Below are positions 30,036-41,545 of a stretch of DNA of 63,461 nucleotides, piece after piece. A program made the translations under genes and the position numbers. Where the stretch lies: sequence record DRR378314_1709. One strand, written 5' to 3'. A model generated the notes under the pieces. The model ran no database searches and had not been told where the DNA came from. It worked only from the letters and a program-made list of their open reading frames with translations. Every line of letters begins with the position of its first letter. Position 1 is the stretch's first letter.

Positions 30036-31643
30036 GTGGCGATTTTATCCAGTAAAATCAACACCCGCGATGCACAATTTGCAGCTAACAGCGAGTCTAT
30101 GCAGACCGTCGTTAACGACCTGCAGGAAAAAGCGGCAAAAATTCATCAAGGTGGCGGTCCGAAGTATCAGGAGCGCCATTTGTCCCGTGGTAAGTTATTG
30201 CCCCGCGACCGTATTAATAAACTACTGGACGCGGGTTCACCGTTTCTGGAAATAGGTCAGTTTGCGGCCTGGGAATGTTACGAAGACTACGTTCCTTCTG
30301 CTGGTGTGGTTGCCGGTATTGGTCAGGTTGAAGGCACCGAGTGCATGATCATCGCCAACGACGCCACCGTTAAAGGCGGTACTTATTACCCGTTAACGGT
30401 TAAAAAACACCTGCGTGCTCAGGAAATTGCCGAACGTTGCCACCTGCCCTGTATTTACCTTGTGGACTCTGGCGGTGCTAACCTGCCCCGTCAGGATGAA
30501 GTATTCCCGGACAAAGAGCACTTTGGTCGCATCTTCTTTAATCAGGCGAATATGTCAGCCAAAGGTATTCCACAAATTGCGGTGGTTATGGGTCTTTGTA
30601 CCGCAGGCGGTGCTTACGTACCGGCTATGGCCGATGAAAGCGTCATTGTAAAAGAGCAAGGCACTATTTTCCTTGCGGGTCCGCCGTTAGTTAAAGCAGC
30701 AACAGGTGAAGAAGTCTCAGCCGAAGAGCTCGGCGGTGCCGATGTGCACACACGCATCTCCGGTGTTGCGGATCATTTTGCTCACAACGACGAACACGCT
30801 TTAGCCTTAGCGCGTCGCTCAGTAGCACGCCTTAACCGCGGTGAACCAACCAAACTCGATCGCCAGCCAGCTAAACCACCGCGTTACGACGCAAAAGAGC
30901 TGTATGGCATTGTCGGCACTGACTTGCGTAAACCTTATGATGTACACGAAGTGATTGCGCGCATTGTCGATGACTCAGACTTTGACGAATTTAAAGCCAA
31001 TTATGGCAATACATTGGTGACCGGCTTTGCCCGCATTGACGGCTATCCGGTAGGCATTGTGGCCAATAACGGTATTTTGTTCTCTGAGTCGGCACAAAAA
31101 GGCGCCCACTTTATTGAGCTTTGTGCCCAGCGCAAAATTCCATTGGTTTTCTTACAAAATATTACCGGCTTTATGGTCGGGAAAAAATACGAAGCCGAGG
31201 GTATTGCCAAGCACGGTGCGAAAATGGTTATGGCGGTTTCCTGTGCCAAAGTACCTAAGTTTACCGTGTTAATCGGTGGCAGCTACGGCGCCGGTAACTA
31301 CGGCATGTGTGGCCGTGCTTATGACCCAACCATGATGTTCATGTGGCCTAATGCCCGTATCTCAGTTATGGGCGGTGAACAGGCCGCCGGCGTTATGGCG
31401 CAAGTGACCAAAGACAACTTAGAGCGCAAAGGCGAAAGCCTGAGTGAAGAGAAAGAACAAGCGCTGAAAAAACCCATTGTTGAGCAGTACGATAAGCAGG
31501 GGCACCCTTATTATGCGTCAGCCCGCTTATGGGACGATGGCATTATTGACCCGGCACAAACGCGCGAAGTTCTGGCATTGAGCCTTGCCGCTTCATTAAA
31601 TGCACCGATTGAAGACAGCCGCTTCGGCGTCTTCCGTATGTAA
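30036..31643 (+). CDS. liuB: Methylcrotonyl-CoA carboxylase beta (carboxyltransferase) subunit
   Basis: [31 protein letters not shown] and [13 protein letters not shown] motifs. Confidence 0.96.
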   Translation: MAILSSKINTRDAQFAANSESMQTVVNDLQEKAAKIHQGGGPKYQERHLSRGKLLPRDRINKLLDAGSPFLEIGQFAAWECYEDYVPSAGVVAGIGQVEGTECMIIANDATVKGGTYYPLTVKKHLRAQEIAERCHLPCIYLVDSGGANLPRQDEVFPDKEHFGRIFFNQANMSAKGIPQIAVVMGLCTAGGAYVPAMADESVIVKEQGTIFLAGPPLVKAATGEEVSAEELGGADVHTRISGVADHFAHNDEHALALARRSVARLNRGEPTKLDRQPAKPPRYDAKELYGIVGTDLRKPYDVHEVIARIVDDSDFDEFKANYGNTLVTGFARIDGYPVGIVANNGILFSESAQKGAHFIELCAQRKIPLVFLQNITGFMVGKKYEAEGIAKHGAKMVMAVSCAKVPKFTVLIGGSYGAGNYGMCGRAYDPTMMFMWPNARISVMGGEQAAGVMAQVTKDNLERKGESLSEEKEQALKKPIVEQYDKQGHPYYASARLWDDGIIDPAQTREVLALSLAASLNAPIEDSRFGVFRM

Positions 31644-31659
31644 TCGGAGGTTATTAATA

Positions 31660-32445
31660 ATGGCAAAATACACCAAGCTTGATATTAACGACCAGGGCGT
31701 TGCCACGCTGACATTGAACCGGCCTGACGTTCACAATGCGTTTGACGACGTGATGATTGCAGAGCTCCTGCAGGCGTTAAAAGAAGTTGAAGAAAGTGCC
31801 AGCGCGAGAGTGCTAGTGCTTCGTTCAGAAGGCAAAAGCTTTTCTGCCGGTGCGGATCTTAAATGGATGCGCTCCATGGCCGATAAAAACTACCAGCAAA
31901 ACGTGGATGACGCCGGTGAGCTTGGGCTGTTAATGGAGCGTCTGGACTTGCTCAGCAAGCCCAGCATTGCTTTAGTCCAGGGAGCCGCTTTCGGCGGTGC
32001 CGTAGGCCTGGCCGCTTGCTGTGACATTGTACTGGCGCAGCCGCGCAGCAGCTTCTGCCTGAGTGAAGTCAAAATTGGGCTTATTCCTGCGGTTATCAGC
32101 CCTTATGTTGTGCGTACTATTGGCGAGCGCCAGTCGCGTCGCTATATGCTCACCGCCGAGCGCTTCTTTGCCGACAAAGCACAGGAGCTAGGTCTGGTTA
32201 ACGAAGTTGTAGAAGATTTCGAGGAGCCACTGAATAAGTTATTAGAAGCTCTTCTAGCCAATAGTCCACAAGCGGTAGACGCCTGTAAGCAACTGATTCG
32301 CGATGTTGGTTCACGTCCAATTGATAAAGACGTGCGTGAACACACCATTAAAGCCATTGCCGAAATTCGCGTGTCGGAACAAGGTCAGGAAGGACTCAGT
32401 GCGTTTCTTGAAAAACGCCCCGCCGCCTGGCTTAAACAGAGTTAA
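31660..32445 (+). CDS. liuC: Methylglutaconyl-CoA hydratase
   Basis: Crotonase motifs LNRPDVHNAF, FSAGADL and LSEVKIGLIPAVISPYV. Start at ATG 31660 after GGAGG. Confidence 0.92.
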   Translation: MAKYTKLDINDQGVATLTLNRPDVHNAFDDVMIAELLQALKEVEESASARVLVLRSEGKSFSAGADLKWMRSMADKNYQQNVDDAGELGLLMERLDLLSKPSIALVQGAAFGGAVGLAACCDIVLAQPRSSFCLSEVKIGLIPAVISPYVVRTIGERQSRRYMLTAERFFADKAQELGLVNEVVEDFEEPLNKLLEALLANSPQAVDACKQLIRDVGSRPIDKDVREHTIKAIAEIRVSEQGQEGLSAFLEKRPAAWLKQS

Positions 32446-32459
32446 CAACAGGTCTCATT

Positions 32460-34430
32460 ATGATCAAAACATTATTGATTGCGAACCGTGGTGAAATTGC
32501 CTGTCGTATTATTGCCACAGCTAAAAAAATGGGAATTCGCACCGTAGCGGTATTCTCCGATGCCGACCGTAACTCACGCCACGTTAAGCTGGCAGATCAG
32601 GCCGTACATATTGGTCCTGCAGCGAGCACGGACAGTTACCTGCGTGCGGATAAAATTATCGCCGCCGCTAAACAAACTGATGCCGAAGCCATTCATCCTG
32701 GTTACGGTTTTCTCTCAGAGAACGAAGATTTTGCCGACCAATGTCAGGCTAACGATATAATCTTTGTTGGCCCGCCAGTATCATCCATTGCCGCTATGGG
32801 TTCGAAGAGCGCGGCTAAATCCATTATGCAGGACGCCGGCGTACCTCTGGTTCCGGGTTACCACGGCAGCGAGCAGGACATTAAAACGCTAAAAGCAGAA
32901 GCTGAAAAAGTGGGTTTCCCGTTACTGCTGAAAGCGGCGTACGGCGGCGGTGGTAAAGGCATGCGAGTGGTCGAAAACATGGGCGAATTCGATGACGCTC
33001 TGAATTCCGCCAAACGCGAAGCTAAGTCCTCTTTCGGCAATGATAAAATGCTGATGGAACGTTTTATTCGTAACCCTCGCCACGTAGAGATTCAGGTATT
33101 TACCGATGAACACGGTAACGCCGTTTATCTAGCAGAGCGCGACTGTTCAGTGCAACGCCGTCACCAGAAGGTGCTTGAAGAGGCTCCTGCTCCGGCACTG
33201 ACCGAGAAAACACGTACCGAAATGGGCGAAGCTGCCATTCGAGCAGCCCAGGCAATAGATTACGTTGGCGCCGGTACGGTTGAGTTTTTGTTCGACCAAA
33301 GTGGCGAGTTCTACTTTATGGAGATGAACACTCGCTTACAGGTTGAGCATCCGGTTACGGAGATGATCACCGGCCAGGATTTAGTCGAATGGCAGTTGCT
33401 GGTCGCTTCGGGTCAGCCATTACCTCTGGCGCAAAATGACATTCAGGTAAACGGTCACGCGTTTGAGGCACGGATTTACGCCGAAGACCCAGACAACGAC
33501 TTCTTACCCTGCACAGGTACCATTAAGCATTTACGTACGCCTGCAGAAGAAAACGGCATCCGCATTGACACCGGTATTGAAGAAGGCGATGAGATATCTG
33601 CTTTCTATGACCCAATGATAGCTAAGCTGATTGTCTGGGACACCGATCGTACCCGTGCCCTGCTGCGTCTGCAAAAGGCTTTGCGTGAATATCGTTTAAC
33701 TGGGTTAACAACTAACGTAGACTTTTTGCATCGTTTGGCCTCACATCCGGAGTTTGTGAAAACAAACCTGACAACCGAATTTATCCAGCAACATCAGGAA
33801 GAGCTGCTGCCCGATAGCTCGGTAAATTATCAGCAAATTGCAACGGAAGCGGCTTTGTTTGATATTTGTCAGCGCCAACAACAGCGTGGCAGTTCACCAT
33901 GGCAAAGTGGTAATGCATTTAGAATGAACTCAGCGGCGACACATGCGGTTCCACTGCAATTTGGCGAAGAAACCTACTCCATTTCACTAATAGAAACCGC
34001 TAACGGAGAGTTCCTGCAGCAAGTTGATGACGAAAGCATACAATGGCAGGCATCTTTAACCGACGACAAACTCACTCTGACTGCCGGTAGTATGCGCTAT
34101 CATCGCTATGTCAGTGCCGACGACCAGCAAATTACCGTATTCACCGATAACGGCCCTATGACTTTCCATCGACACCGCGTGACTGATACGCTGTCGGATG
34201 AAGCGGCCCATGGTGGTCACGTTGCCCCAATGAACGGGACCATCATGGAAGTACTGGTCAAAAAAGGCGATACAGTCAAGAAAGATCAACCGCTGGTCAT
34301 TATGGAAGCCATGAAAATGGAGTACACCATTAAAGCTGGACATGAAGGTGAAGTCACCGACGTCTTTTTCGCCGCGGGGGATTTGGTCAGCGACGGAGAT
34401 GAACTGCTTGCAGTGAGCGAAGCCGAATAA
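32460..34430 (+). CDS. liuD: Methylcrotonyl-CoA carboxylase alpha (biotin carboxylase plus BCCP)
   Basis: LIANRGEIA, HPGYGFLSEN, GGGGKGMR, EMNTRLQVEH and biotinylation motif EAMKME. Confidence 0.96.
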   Translation: MIKTLLIANRGEIACRIIATAKKMGIRTVAVFSDADRNSRHVKLADQAVHIGPAASTDSYLRADKIIAAAKQTDAEAIHPGYGFLSENEDFADQCQANDIIFVGPPVSSIAAMGSKSAAKSIMQDAGVPLVPGYHGSEQDIKTLKAEAEKVGFPLLLKAAYGGGGKGMRVVENMGEFDDALNSAKREAKSSFGNDKMLMERFIRNPRHVEIQVFTDEHGNAVYLAERDCSVQRRHQKVLEEAPAPALTEKTRTEMGEAAIRAAQAIDYVGAGTVEFLFDQSGEFYFMEMNTRLQVEHPVTEMITGQDLVEWQLLVASGQPLPLAQNDIQVNGHAFEARIYAEDPDNDFLPCTGTIKHLRTPAEENGIRIDTGIEEGDEISAFYDPMIAKLIVWDTDRTRALLRLQKALREYRLTGLTTNVDFLHRLASHPEFVKTNLTTEFIQQHQEELLPDSSVNYQQIATEAALFDICQRQQQRGSSPWQSGNAFRMNSAATHAVPLQFGEETYSISLIETANGEFLQQVDDESIQWQASLTDDKLTLTAGSMRYHRYVSADDQQITVFTDNGPMTFHRHRVTDTLSDEAAHGGHVAPMNGTIMEVLVKKGDTVKKDQPLVIMEAMKMEYTIKAGHEGEVTDVFFAAGDLVSDGDELLAVSEAE

Positions 34431-34462
34431 TAAGACATTATTAGAAGTAACCAGGAGTAATT

Positions 34463-35362
34463 ATGGCAATTGCAGAACAGATAAAAATCGTCGAAGTTGG
34501 TCCTCGTGACGGCTTGCAAAATGAAGCAGCTGTTTCTGTCGATGCAAAAGTTGCCTTAATTGAAGCGCTGGCAGAAGCCGGCGTTTCTTACATTGAAAGT
34601 GCCAGCTTTGTCAGCCCCAAATGGGTGCCGCAAATGGCCGACAGCACTGCCGTTATGGAGCAGATTAAACGTCGTCCTGGAGTGACTTACGCTGGTTTAA
34701 CGCCCAATTTGAAAGGGTTTGAAGCGGCAGTTGCAGTCAACATGGACGAAGTCGCAGTGTTCGGTGCAGCATCGGAAGCCTTTGCCCAAAAAAATATTAA
34801 CTGCAGCATCGACGAATCACTGGAGCGTTTTAAGCCAGTTATTGCCGCGGCTAAAGAAAAAGGTATTCCCGTCAGAGGTTATGTTTCCTGCGTTTTGGGT
34901 TGCCCTTACCAGGGTGAGGTTCCGGTAGAAAATGTGGTTAAAGTTGCAGAAGCTTTATACCACATGGGCTGTTATGAAGTATCGCTGGGCGACACCATAG
35001 GCGTCGGTACACCGCTAAAAGCTCAGGAAATGCTTGCTGCGGTGGCGGAAAAAGTCCCCATGGACAAACTGGCGCTGCATTTTCACAATACATACGGACA
35101 AGCTTTGGCCAATATCATAGCCTGCCTGCCACTAGGTGTAGCCACCATTGACTCGGCCGTAGCTGGCCTGGGTGGTTGCCCATACGCTAAAGGCGCCAGT
35201 GGCAATGTTGCCACCGAAGACGTGGTTTACATGTTAAATGGTATGGGCATTAAAACCGGTATTGACCTGAACAAGTTAATCGCGGCCGGAGCCGATATTT
35301 GTCAGCATTTAGCGCATGGCCCCCGCTCTCAGGTCGCAGTAGCAGAATTGGCAAAAGCTTAA
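34463..35362 (+). CDS. liuE: Hydroxymethylglutaryl-CoA lyase
   Basis: [23 protein letters not shown] and [19 protein letters not shown] motifs. Confidence 0.96.
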   Translation: MAIAEQIKIVEVGPRDGLQNEAAVSVDAKVALIEALAEAGVSYIESASFVSPKWVPQMADSTAVMEQIKRRPGVTYAGLTPNLKGFEAAVAVNMDEVAVFGAASEAFAQKNINCSIDESLERFKPVIAAAKEKGIPVRGYVSCVLGCPYQGEVPVENVVKVAEALYHMGCYEVSLGDTIGVGTPLKAQEMLAAVAEKVPMDKLALHFHNTYGQALANIIACLPLGVATIDSAVAGLGGCPYAKGASGNVATEDVVYMLNGMGIKTGIDLNKLIAAGADICQHLAHGPRSQVAVAELAKA

Positions 35363-35384
35363 TTAGCAAAATAAGGGGATTAAA

Positions 35385-37328
35385 ATGACTTCAGAAGCTT
35401 TATGGCAACCGTCAGCAGATACCATTGCTAATGCTCGCATGACAGACTTTCTACAACAAGTGAATACAGAAGAAGCCGCTGCGCTGGCCAATTATCACGA
35501 CCTTTATCAGTGGTCCGTCGAGAACGACGAAAGTTTCTGGTCTATGGTGTGGGATTACTTTGATGTTATTGGTGAAAAAGGCTCTACGATAGTTACCGAT
35601 AAAGAAAAAATGCCCGGTGCTCAATGGTTTCCTGAAGCCAGCCTGAATTTTGCCGAAAACTTGTTGCGTCATAAAGACGACCATATTGCTCTAATTTTTC
35701 GCGGTGAGAATGGCACACGCCAGCAGTTAACTTATGCCGAACTCAACCACGAAGTAGCGGCTTTTGCTGAAGGCTTACGCCAACGCGGAGTTGAAGCCGG
35801 TGACCGTGTTGCCGCCATGATGCCTAACTGCATTGAGACCATAATTGGTATGCTGGCAACCACCAGTATCGGCGCTATCTGGTCGTCTTGCTCGCCAGAC
35901 TTTGGCGTTCAGGGCGTGCTTGACCGTTTCGGTCAAATAGAACCTAAAGTTCTGATTACTGTTGATGGTTATTTTTATAACGGCAAAAACCTCAACATAA
36001 AGAGCAAAACCGCCGATATCATTAAACAAATTCCCAGCATTGAAGCCACGGTGTTGGTTAATTTCAGCGAACAAAAAGATCGCATAAAAGGCGACAAAAT
36101 ATTTTCATGGAGTGATTTTGGCGACGCTGAAAAGACCCAGATAGATTTCGCTCCACGCAACTTTAATGACCCGCTCTATATTATGTTTTCATCAGGTACT
36201 ACGGGCGTACCTAAGTGCATTGTTCATGGTACGGGTGGTACCTTATTGCAGCACTTAAAAGAGCACGGTCTGCATACCGACTTAGATCGTGACGACAATC
36301 TGTTTTACTTCACCACCTGTGGCTGGATGATGTGGAACTGGCTGGTCAGTGGACTGGCAGTGGGCGCAACCCTGACCTTATTCGACGGTTCACCTTTTGC
36401 ACCTAAACCTGAGTTTTTATGGGATGTGGCTGACGAAGAAGGCATTACCGTATTTGGTACCAGCGCCAAATATTTAGCAGCGCTTGAAAAAGAAGGCGTT
36501 AAACCGGGAGAAAGCCATAACCTGGAAAAGCTGCGCAGCATCTTAACCACGGGGTCGGTACTACCACCAGAAAGCTTTGACTACGTTTACCGCGACATTA
36601 AAAAAGACCTGTGTCTGTCCTCAATATCAGGCGGTACGGACATTGTCTCGTGCTTTGCCCTTGGCTGCCCTATTCTGCCGGTTTACCGGGGCGAATTACA
36701 ATGTCGGGGCCTTGGTTTAGCCGTTAACGTTTATGACGAGAACGGAAAGCCGGTTAAAGGCGAAAAAGGCGAACTGGTTTGTGAAAACTCATTCCCCTGC
36801 ATGCCCGTAAGCTTCTGGAACGACGAGAATGGCGAACGCTACTTCAACGCGTATTTCGATAGATTTAAAAATACCTGGGCACATGGTGACTTTGCTGAGC
36901 TCACCGAGAACAACGGCGTTATTATTTACGGCCGTTCCGATGCCGTTCTTAACCCAGGCGGCGTACGTATTGGCACCGCTGAAATTTACCGTCAGGTAGA
37001 AAAAGTTGAGGAAGTATTGGAAAGTATTGCTATCGGTCAGCAATACGAAGATGACGAGCGCGTCATTCTTTTTGTAAAACTCAGAGATGGCATAGAGCTT
37101 AGCGACGAACTTCGTCAAACCATTGCAAAAACCATTCGGGCCAACGCGACTCCGCGGCACGTACCTGCCGTAATTTTGCAGGTTGAGGACATACCCCGTA
37201 CTATAAGCGGTAAGATAGTCGAATTAGCGGTACGTAATGTGGTTCACGGCGAGCCCGTGAAAAACACGGATGCTCTGGCAAACCCAGAGGCACTGGATTA
37301 CTTCCGTGATAGAGAGGAGTTGCGTTAA
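35385..37328 (+). CDS. aacS: Acetoacetate--CoA ligase
   Basis: FSSGTTGVPKCIVH, TTCGWMMWNW, SISGGTD and GRSDAVLNPGGVRIGTAEIY motifs. Confidence 0.93.
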   Translation: MTSEALWQPSADTIANARMTDFLQQVNTEEAAALANYHDLYQWSVENDESFWSMVWDYFDVIGEKGSTIVTDKEKMPGAQWFPEASLNFAENLLRHKDDHIALIFRGENGTRQQLTYAELNHEVAAFAEGLRQRGVEAGDRVAAMMPNCIETIIGMLATTSIGAIWSSCSPDFGVQGVLDRFGQIEPKVLITVDGYFYNGKNLNIKSKTADIIKQIPSIEATVLVNFSEQKDRIKGDKIFSWSDFGDAEKTQIDFAPRNFNDPLYIMFSSGTTGVPKCIVHGTGGTLLQHLKEHGLHTDLDRDDNLFYFTTCGWMMWNWLVSGLAVGATLTLFDGSPFAPKPEFLWDVADEEGITVFGTSAKYLAALEKEGVKPGESHNLEKLRSILTTGSVLPPESFDYVYRDIKKDLCLSSISGGTDIVSCFALGCPILPVYRGELQCRGLGLAVNVYDENGKPVKGEKGELVCENSFPCMPVSFWNDENGERYFNAYFDRFKNTWAHGDFAELTENNGVIIYGRSDAVLNPGGVRIGTAEIYRQVEKVEEVLESIAIGQQYEDDERVILFVKLRDGIELSDELRQTIAKTIRANATPRHVPAVILQVEDIPRTISGKIVELAVRNVVHGEPVKNTDALANPEALDYFRDREELR

Positions 37329-37331
37329 TCC

Positions 37332-39551
37332 ATGATGTTCCTGCACGGATCACGGCAGGCTGTTATAGCAGCCCTTGTTGGTTTGGTCATTACTGTTACC
37401 GCTTTTAGCTATTTGCGTTATCAGGAAAATCAAGTTGTCCACGATGCCCTGGAAGCCGAAACTTATAACTTGCAACGCGACATTCGACAAAGTCTGGTAT
37501 CCCATTTGTTCGTCGCTGAATTGTTAGCTCGCGAGTGGGAACGTAGTGACCTTTCAATAGAGGAACGCTGGAAGGAAAATGCCGATATCGTTACTTTGTA
37601 CTATCAGAATGTACAAGGCATCACCTGGCTCAATGATGAACTGGATATTGAGCTTATCTACCCTCAGAACGAACAACCCGAACTACTGGGAACGCCTTTT
37701 GCTAAAACTCCATTACTGGAAAAGCTGAAGGCTTCGGAAGGAAACCGTCACGCAATGATGGGCCCTGCCGGGAATTTGGGCCGTATTAGCAGCGACATAG
37801 CTATTTTTGTCCGTGTAGAGCAGCAAGATCAAACTCACGGCTTTCTGGGTTTTGTAATAAGCCTGCAAAGCCTGTTTAACAATGTGGTGCGCAGTAACAT
37901 CAGTGAAGGTTTCCAACTCAGTGTACGCAGTGACAACGACATACTGTATCAATTTGCCGGCGATACTTCATTACGCAAAGAGTGGTCACATTTTCATTCA
38001 TTACAATTGGTAGGAAATAGCTGGGAGCTTTCAGTCTGGCCAACCGCTGGTCATCTGGAACAACTACGCGGGGGAATTTCACTAGCCGCTTTAATCGCCG
38101 GTTTACTCGTAACCAGCATGCTGACTTTTGTCCTTTATATTTTAGGCCAGAGCCGTTTTAAAGCTCAGCAACTGGCCGATTCAAATATTGAACTTTATAG
38201 TGAAATTGATGAACGCGAGCGCATTGAAAAGCAGATGGCTTATCTTGCCGAGCATGATTCTCTGACCGGTCTTGTAAACCGAAACGCCTTGAAACGTATT
38301 CTGGGTGAGTGGCTGGAAACCGAATCGCCGCATAAAAAAGCCGCTTTGTTATTTATCGATTTAGATAGGTTTAAGGAAGTCAATGATGCGCTGGGTCATA
38401 CGGTTGGCGACGAATTGCTACGCCGGGTTGCACGACGCATTACAAAATTAGCACCTAAAGGTAGTGTTCTGGCGCGGGCTGGTGGTGATGAGTTTTTACT
38501 GGCAATAGCAAAACCTGATAGTCGCGAAAGTATTATCAAATTGTCTGAGCAAATGCTCCAGGCTTTGGACACGCACTTTTTCGTGGACGTCTATGAGCTC
38601 TTTATTAGTGCTTCTATTGGTGTCACTTTCGCGGATGATGCCGATTTTAACGCTGAATACTTTATTCGTAACGCAGACACCGCGCTATATCAGGCAAAAG
38701 AACATGGCCGCAATACCTATAAAGTTTACGATAAAGCCATTCACCGCGACTTGACCAAAAAACTGGAACTGGTTAAACGGCTGCGCCACGCCGTTTCTAA
38801 GCAGCAACTAACGGTTTATTACCAACCTAAAGTTGAGCTCGGTAGCCGCCGTATCAGTGGTTTAGAGGCTCTGGTTCGCTGGGTTGATGACGATGGCAGT
38901 ATCATTCCTCCGGATGAGTTTATTCCACTGGCTGAAGATACCGGTCTCATTATTCCAATATCGGAATACGTGATGGAAGAAGCCTTCCTACAATTAAAGC
39001 AATGGCACGAACTGGGCTTCGACGAATTGAGCATTGCCATCAATATCTCCGGAAAACAGCTACACTTAGCTGATTTGGTCGATGATATTATGGAGCGGGT
39101 TAACGAAGCACAAATACCGCCAAACAAAGTTGAACTAGAGCTAACTGAGCAAGTATTTATCGAAAATATTCAGTCCCATACCCGTTTCATGCACTCGGTG
39201 CGTGAACAGGGAATGTCACTGGCTATAGACGACTTTGGTGTGGGATACTCTTCGCTTTCATATTTGAAGAATTTCCCGGTTACTTCGTTAAAAATAGATC
39301 GCTCTTTTGTCAGGGATTTACCACACAACGAAGACGACGCAACCATTACGCAGACCATTATTAGTCTGGCGCGTAATTTAAACCTGCAATTGGTTGCCGA
39401 GGGTATCGAAACCGAAGAACAAGTCGAATTTTTATTACAACGTGAATGCAGTACCGGACAAGGCTTTCTTTTCAGTAAACCGGTTCCGGCACGACAAATC
39501 ACTGAACTATTACAGCAGTATAAAGGGCTTATCCCTATCCAGATAGCCTGA
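37332..39551 (+). CDS. Membrane-bound GGDEF-EAL protein with periplasmic (CHASE-like) sensor
   Basis: Two TM helices flank a periplasmic domain. Motifs RAGGDEF, EALVRW, DDFGVGYSSLSYL and AEGIET. Confidence 0.92.
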   Translation: MMFLHGSRQAVIAALVGLVITVTAFSYLRYQENQVVHDALEAETYNLQRDIRQSLVSHLFVAELLAREWERSDLSIEERWKENADIVTLYYQNVQGITWLNDELDIELIYPQNEQPELLGTPFAKTPLLEKLKASEGNRHAMMGPAGNLGRISSDIAIFVRVEQQDQTHGFLGFVISLQSLFNNVVRSNISEGFQLSVRSDNDILYQFAGDTSLRKEWSHFHSLQLVGNSWELSVWPTAGHLEQLRGGISLAALIAGLLVTSMLTFVLYILGQSRFKAQQLADSNIELYSEIDERERIEKQMAYLAEHDSLTGLVNRNALKRILGEWLETESPHKKAALLFIDLDRFKEVNDALGHTVGDELLRRVARRITKLAPKGSVLARAGGDEFLLAIAKPDSRESIIKLSEQMLQALDTHFFVDVYELFISASIGVTFADDADFNAEYFIRNADTALYQAKEHGRNTYKVYDKAIHRDLTKKLELVKRLRHAVSKQQLTVYYQPKVELGSRRISGLEALVRWVDDDGSIIPPDEFIPLAEDTGLIIPISEYVMEEAFLQLKQWHELGFDELSIAINISGKQLHLADLVDDIMERVNEAQIPPNKVELELTEQVFIENIQSHTRFMHSVREQGMSLAIDDFGVGYSSLSYLKNFPVTSLKIDRSFVRDLPHNEDDATITQTIISLARNLNLQLVAEGIETEEQVEFLLQRECSTGQGFLFSKPVPARQITELLQQYKGLIPIQIA

Positions 39552-39568
39552 ATATAGTGGAGGTTAAC

Positions 39569-41218
39569 GTGGAACGCGAAAGCATGGAATTTGATGTCGT
39601 CATAGTTGGTGCAGGCCCGTCAGGGTTGGCAACCGCCTGTCGACTCGGCCAACTCGCACAGGAAAATGAGCAAGAACTCATGATATGCGTAGTTGAGAAA
39701 GGCGCTGATATTGGCGCTCATATTTTATCCGGCGCGGTGTTCGAACCACGAGCCCTGAACGAACTTTTCCCTGACTGGAAAGATCGCGGCGCCCCGCTCA
39801 ATACCGAAGTTACCGGCGATGATGTTTTATTGCTAAAAGACGAAAATAATCACAGTCGCCTGCCTGACTTTAGTGTGCCTAAAACCTTTCACAATAAAGG
39901 CAATTACATTGCCAGTATGGGTAACCTGTGTCGTTGGATGGCAGAACAAGCCGAACAACTGGGCATCGAAATATTTCCTGGTTTTGCGGCCTCTGAAATT
40001 CTGTATAACGACGATGGCAGCGTTGCGGGTATTCAAACCGGTGACATGGGTGTGGCTAAAGACGGTAGCGAAAAAGACGGCTATATGCCGGGAATGGAAC
40101 TGCGTGCTAAATACACCTTATTCGCAGAAGGTTGTCGCGGTCATTTAGGCAAAGAGCTGATTAGCAGGTTTGAACTGGATAAAGACAGCACCCCGCAACA
40201 TTATGGTCTAGGCTTTAAAGAAATTTGGGATGTACCAGAGGACATGCACGAGCCCGGCAAAGTGGTTCATACCGCAGGCTGGCCGCTAACCGACAGTGAT
40301 GCTACTGGCGGCGGTTATCTCTATCATGCCGAAGACGGACAAGTGTACTTAGGCCTTATTGTTGATCTTAACTACGCTAACCCTTACCTGAATCCATTTC
40401 AGGAGTTTCAGCGGTTCAAAACTCACCCGGCTATTAAGCAAATCATTGAAAATGGTAAGCGGGTGTCCTACGGCGCACGCGCTATTGCTAAAGGTGGCTA
40501 TTATTCGTTACCGAAAATGACCTTCCCCGGAGGTTTGCTGGTTGGCTGTAACGCAGGCACCTTAAACTTTGCCAAGATCAAAGGAAACCATACCGCAATG
40601 AAGTCGGGTATGGTGGCCGCTGAATGTGTATTTGAACAGCTAAAAAATGGTAAAGCCAACGACGACATTACCAGCTACAAAGAGGCGTTTGAAAAGTCCT
40701 GGGTATTTGATGAATTGTATCGCTCACGCAATTTCGGCGGTGCTGTGCATAAATTGGGCACAATACTTGGCGGCGCTTATAATATGGTCGATCAAAATTG
40801 GTTTGGTGGTAAATTACCCTTTAAATTTAAAGAGTGGACACCGGATTATAAAGCGACAGGTAAAGCCGAAAACTATACGGCAATCGACTATCCAAAAGCA
40901 GATAATAAACTGACATTTGATCGTCTGTCATCGGTATTTTTGTCCAATACCAATCACGCAGAAGATCAACCCTGCCATTTAAAGCTCAGTGACGCTAATA
41001 TTCCATTAGAGGTCAATTTACCGAAGTATGCAGAGCCTGCGCAACGCTATTGCCCTGCCGGGGTTTATGAAGTGGTTGAAGAAGACGGCAAACAAGTTTT
41101 TCAAATTAATGCGCAAAACTGCATACACTGTAAAACTTGTGATATTAAAGATCCTAGCCAGAATATAACCTGGGTTGTGCCCGAAGGTGGCGGCGGACCT
41201 ACCTACCCTAATATGTAA
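39569..41218 (+). CDS. Electron transfer flavoprotein-ubiquinone oxidoreductase
   Basis: DVVIVGAGPSGL, GAHILSGA, RYCPAGVYE and NCIHCKTCDIKDP.QNI.W..PEGGGGP.Y motifs. GTG 39569 follows GGAGG. Confidence 0.96.
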   Translation: MERESMEFDVVIVGAGPSGLATACRLGQLAQENEQELMICVVEKGADIGAHILSGAVFEPRALNELFPDWKDRGAPLNTEVTGDDVLLLKDENNHSRLPDFSVPKTFHNKGNYIASMGNLCRWMAEQAEQLGIEIFPGFAASEILYNDDGSVAGIQTGDMGVAKDGSEKDGYMPGMELRAKYTLFAEGCRGHLGKELISRFELDKDSTPQHYGLGFKEIWDVPEDMHEPGKVVHTAGWPLTDSDATGGGYLYHAEDGQVYLGLIVDLNYANPYLNPFQEFQRFKTHPAIKQIIENGKRVSYGARAIAKGGYYSLPKMTFPGGLLVGCNAGTLNFAKIKGNHTAMKSGMVAAECVFEQLKNGKANDDITSYKEAFEKSWVFDELYRSRNFGGAVHKLGTILGGAYNMVDQNWFGGKLPFKFKEWTPDYKATGKAENYTAIDYPKADNKLTFDRLSSVFLSNTNHAEDQPCHLKLSDANIPLEVNLPKYAEPAQRYCPAGVYEVVEEDGKQVFQINAQNCIHCKTCDIKDPSQNITWVVPEGGGGPTYPNM

Positions 41219-41239
41219 ACACTTCGTAAAGTTAATAAC

Positions 41240-41278
41240 AAAAAACACCAAAGCATGTTAAATGTTTTGGTGTTTTTT
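41240..41278 (+). terminator. Intrinsic terminator after ETF-QO
   Basis: AAAAAACACCAAAGCAT...ATGTTTTGGTGTTTTTT inverted repeat. Confidence 0.75.
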
Positions 41279-41545
41279 CGTTTTAGGAACTAAAAATTAT
41301 AAGTTTGTCGACTTATTAAGTCATAAATGTACTTTTAAACGAGTCATATAAAAATGAAGTGAAAAGAGAGCAGTATTGATAGTAATTATAAGTAATTGTT
41401 AATAAGTAACGCTATACGGTGATTTTAATCCTCTTTCTCTATTTCTATGTACTTATTCAATAAAAAGAAGTTTCAACTTAAACTGTAATAACAGCTATAA
41501 TGCAAACAAACCAATATTTAAGCAATCAAATAAGGTAAGCAAAAA

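Noticed and set aside
39555..39575. GTTAACGT near the ETF-QO start as a LiuR site
   Set aside because: Only the central core matches, and the flanks are explained by the RBS and GTG start.
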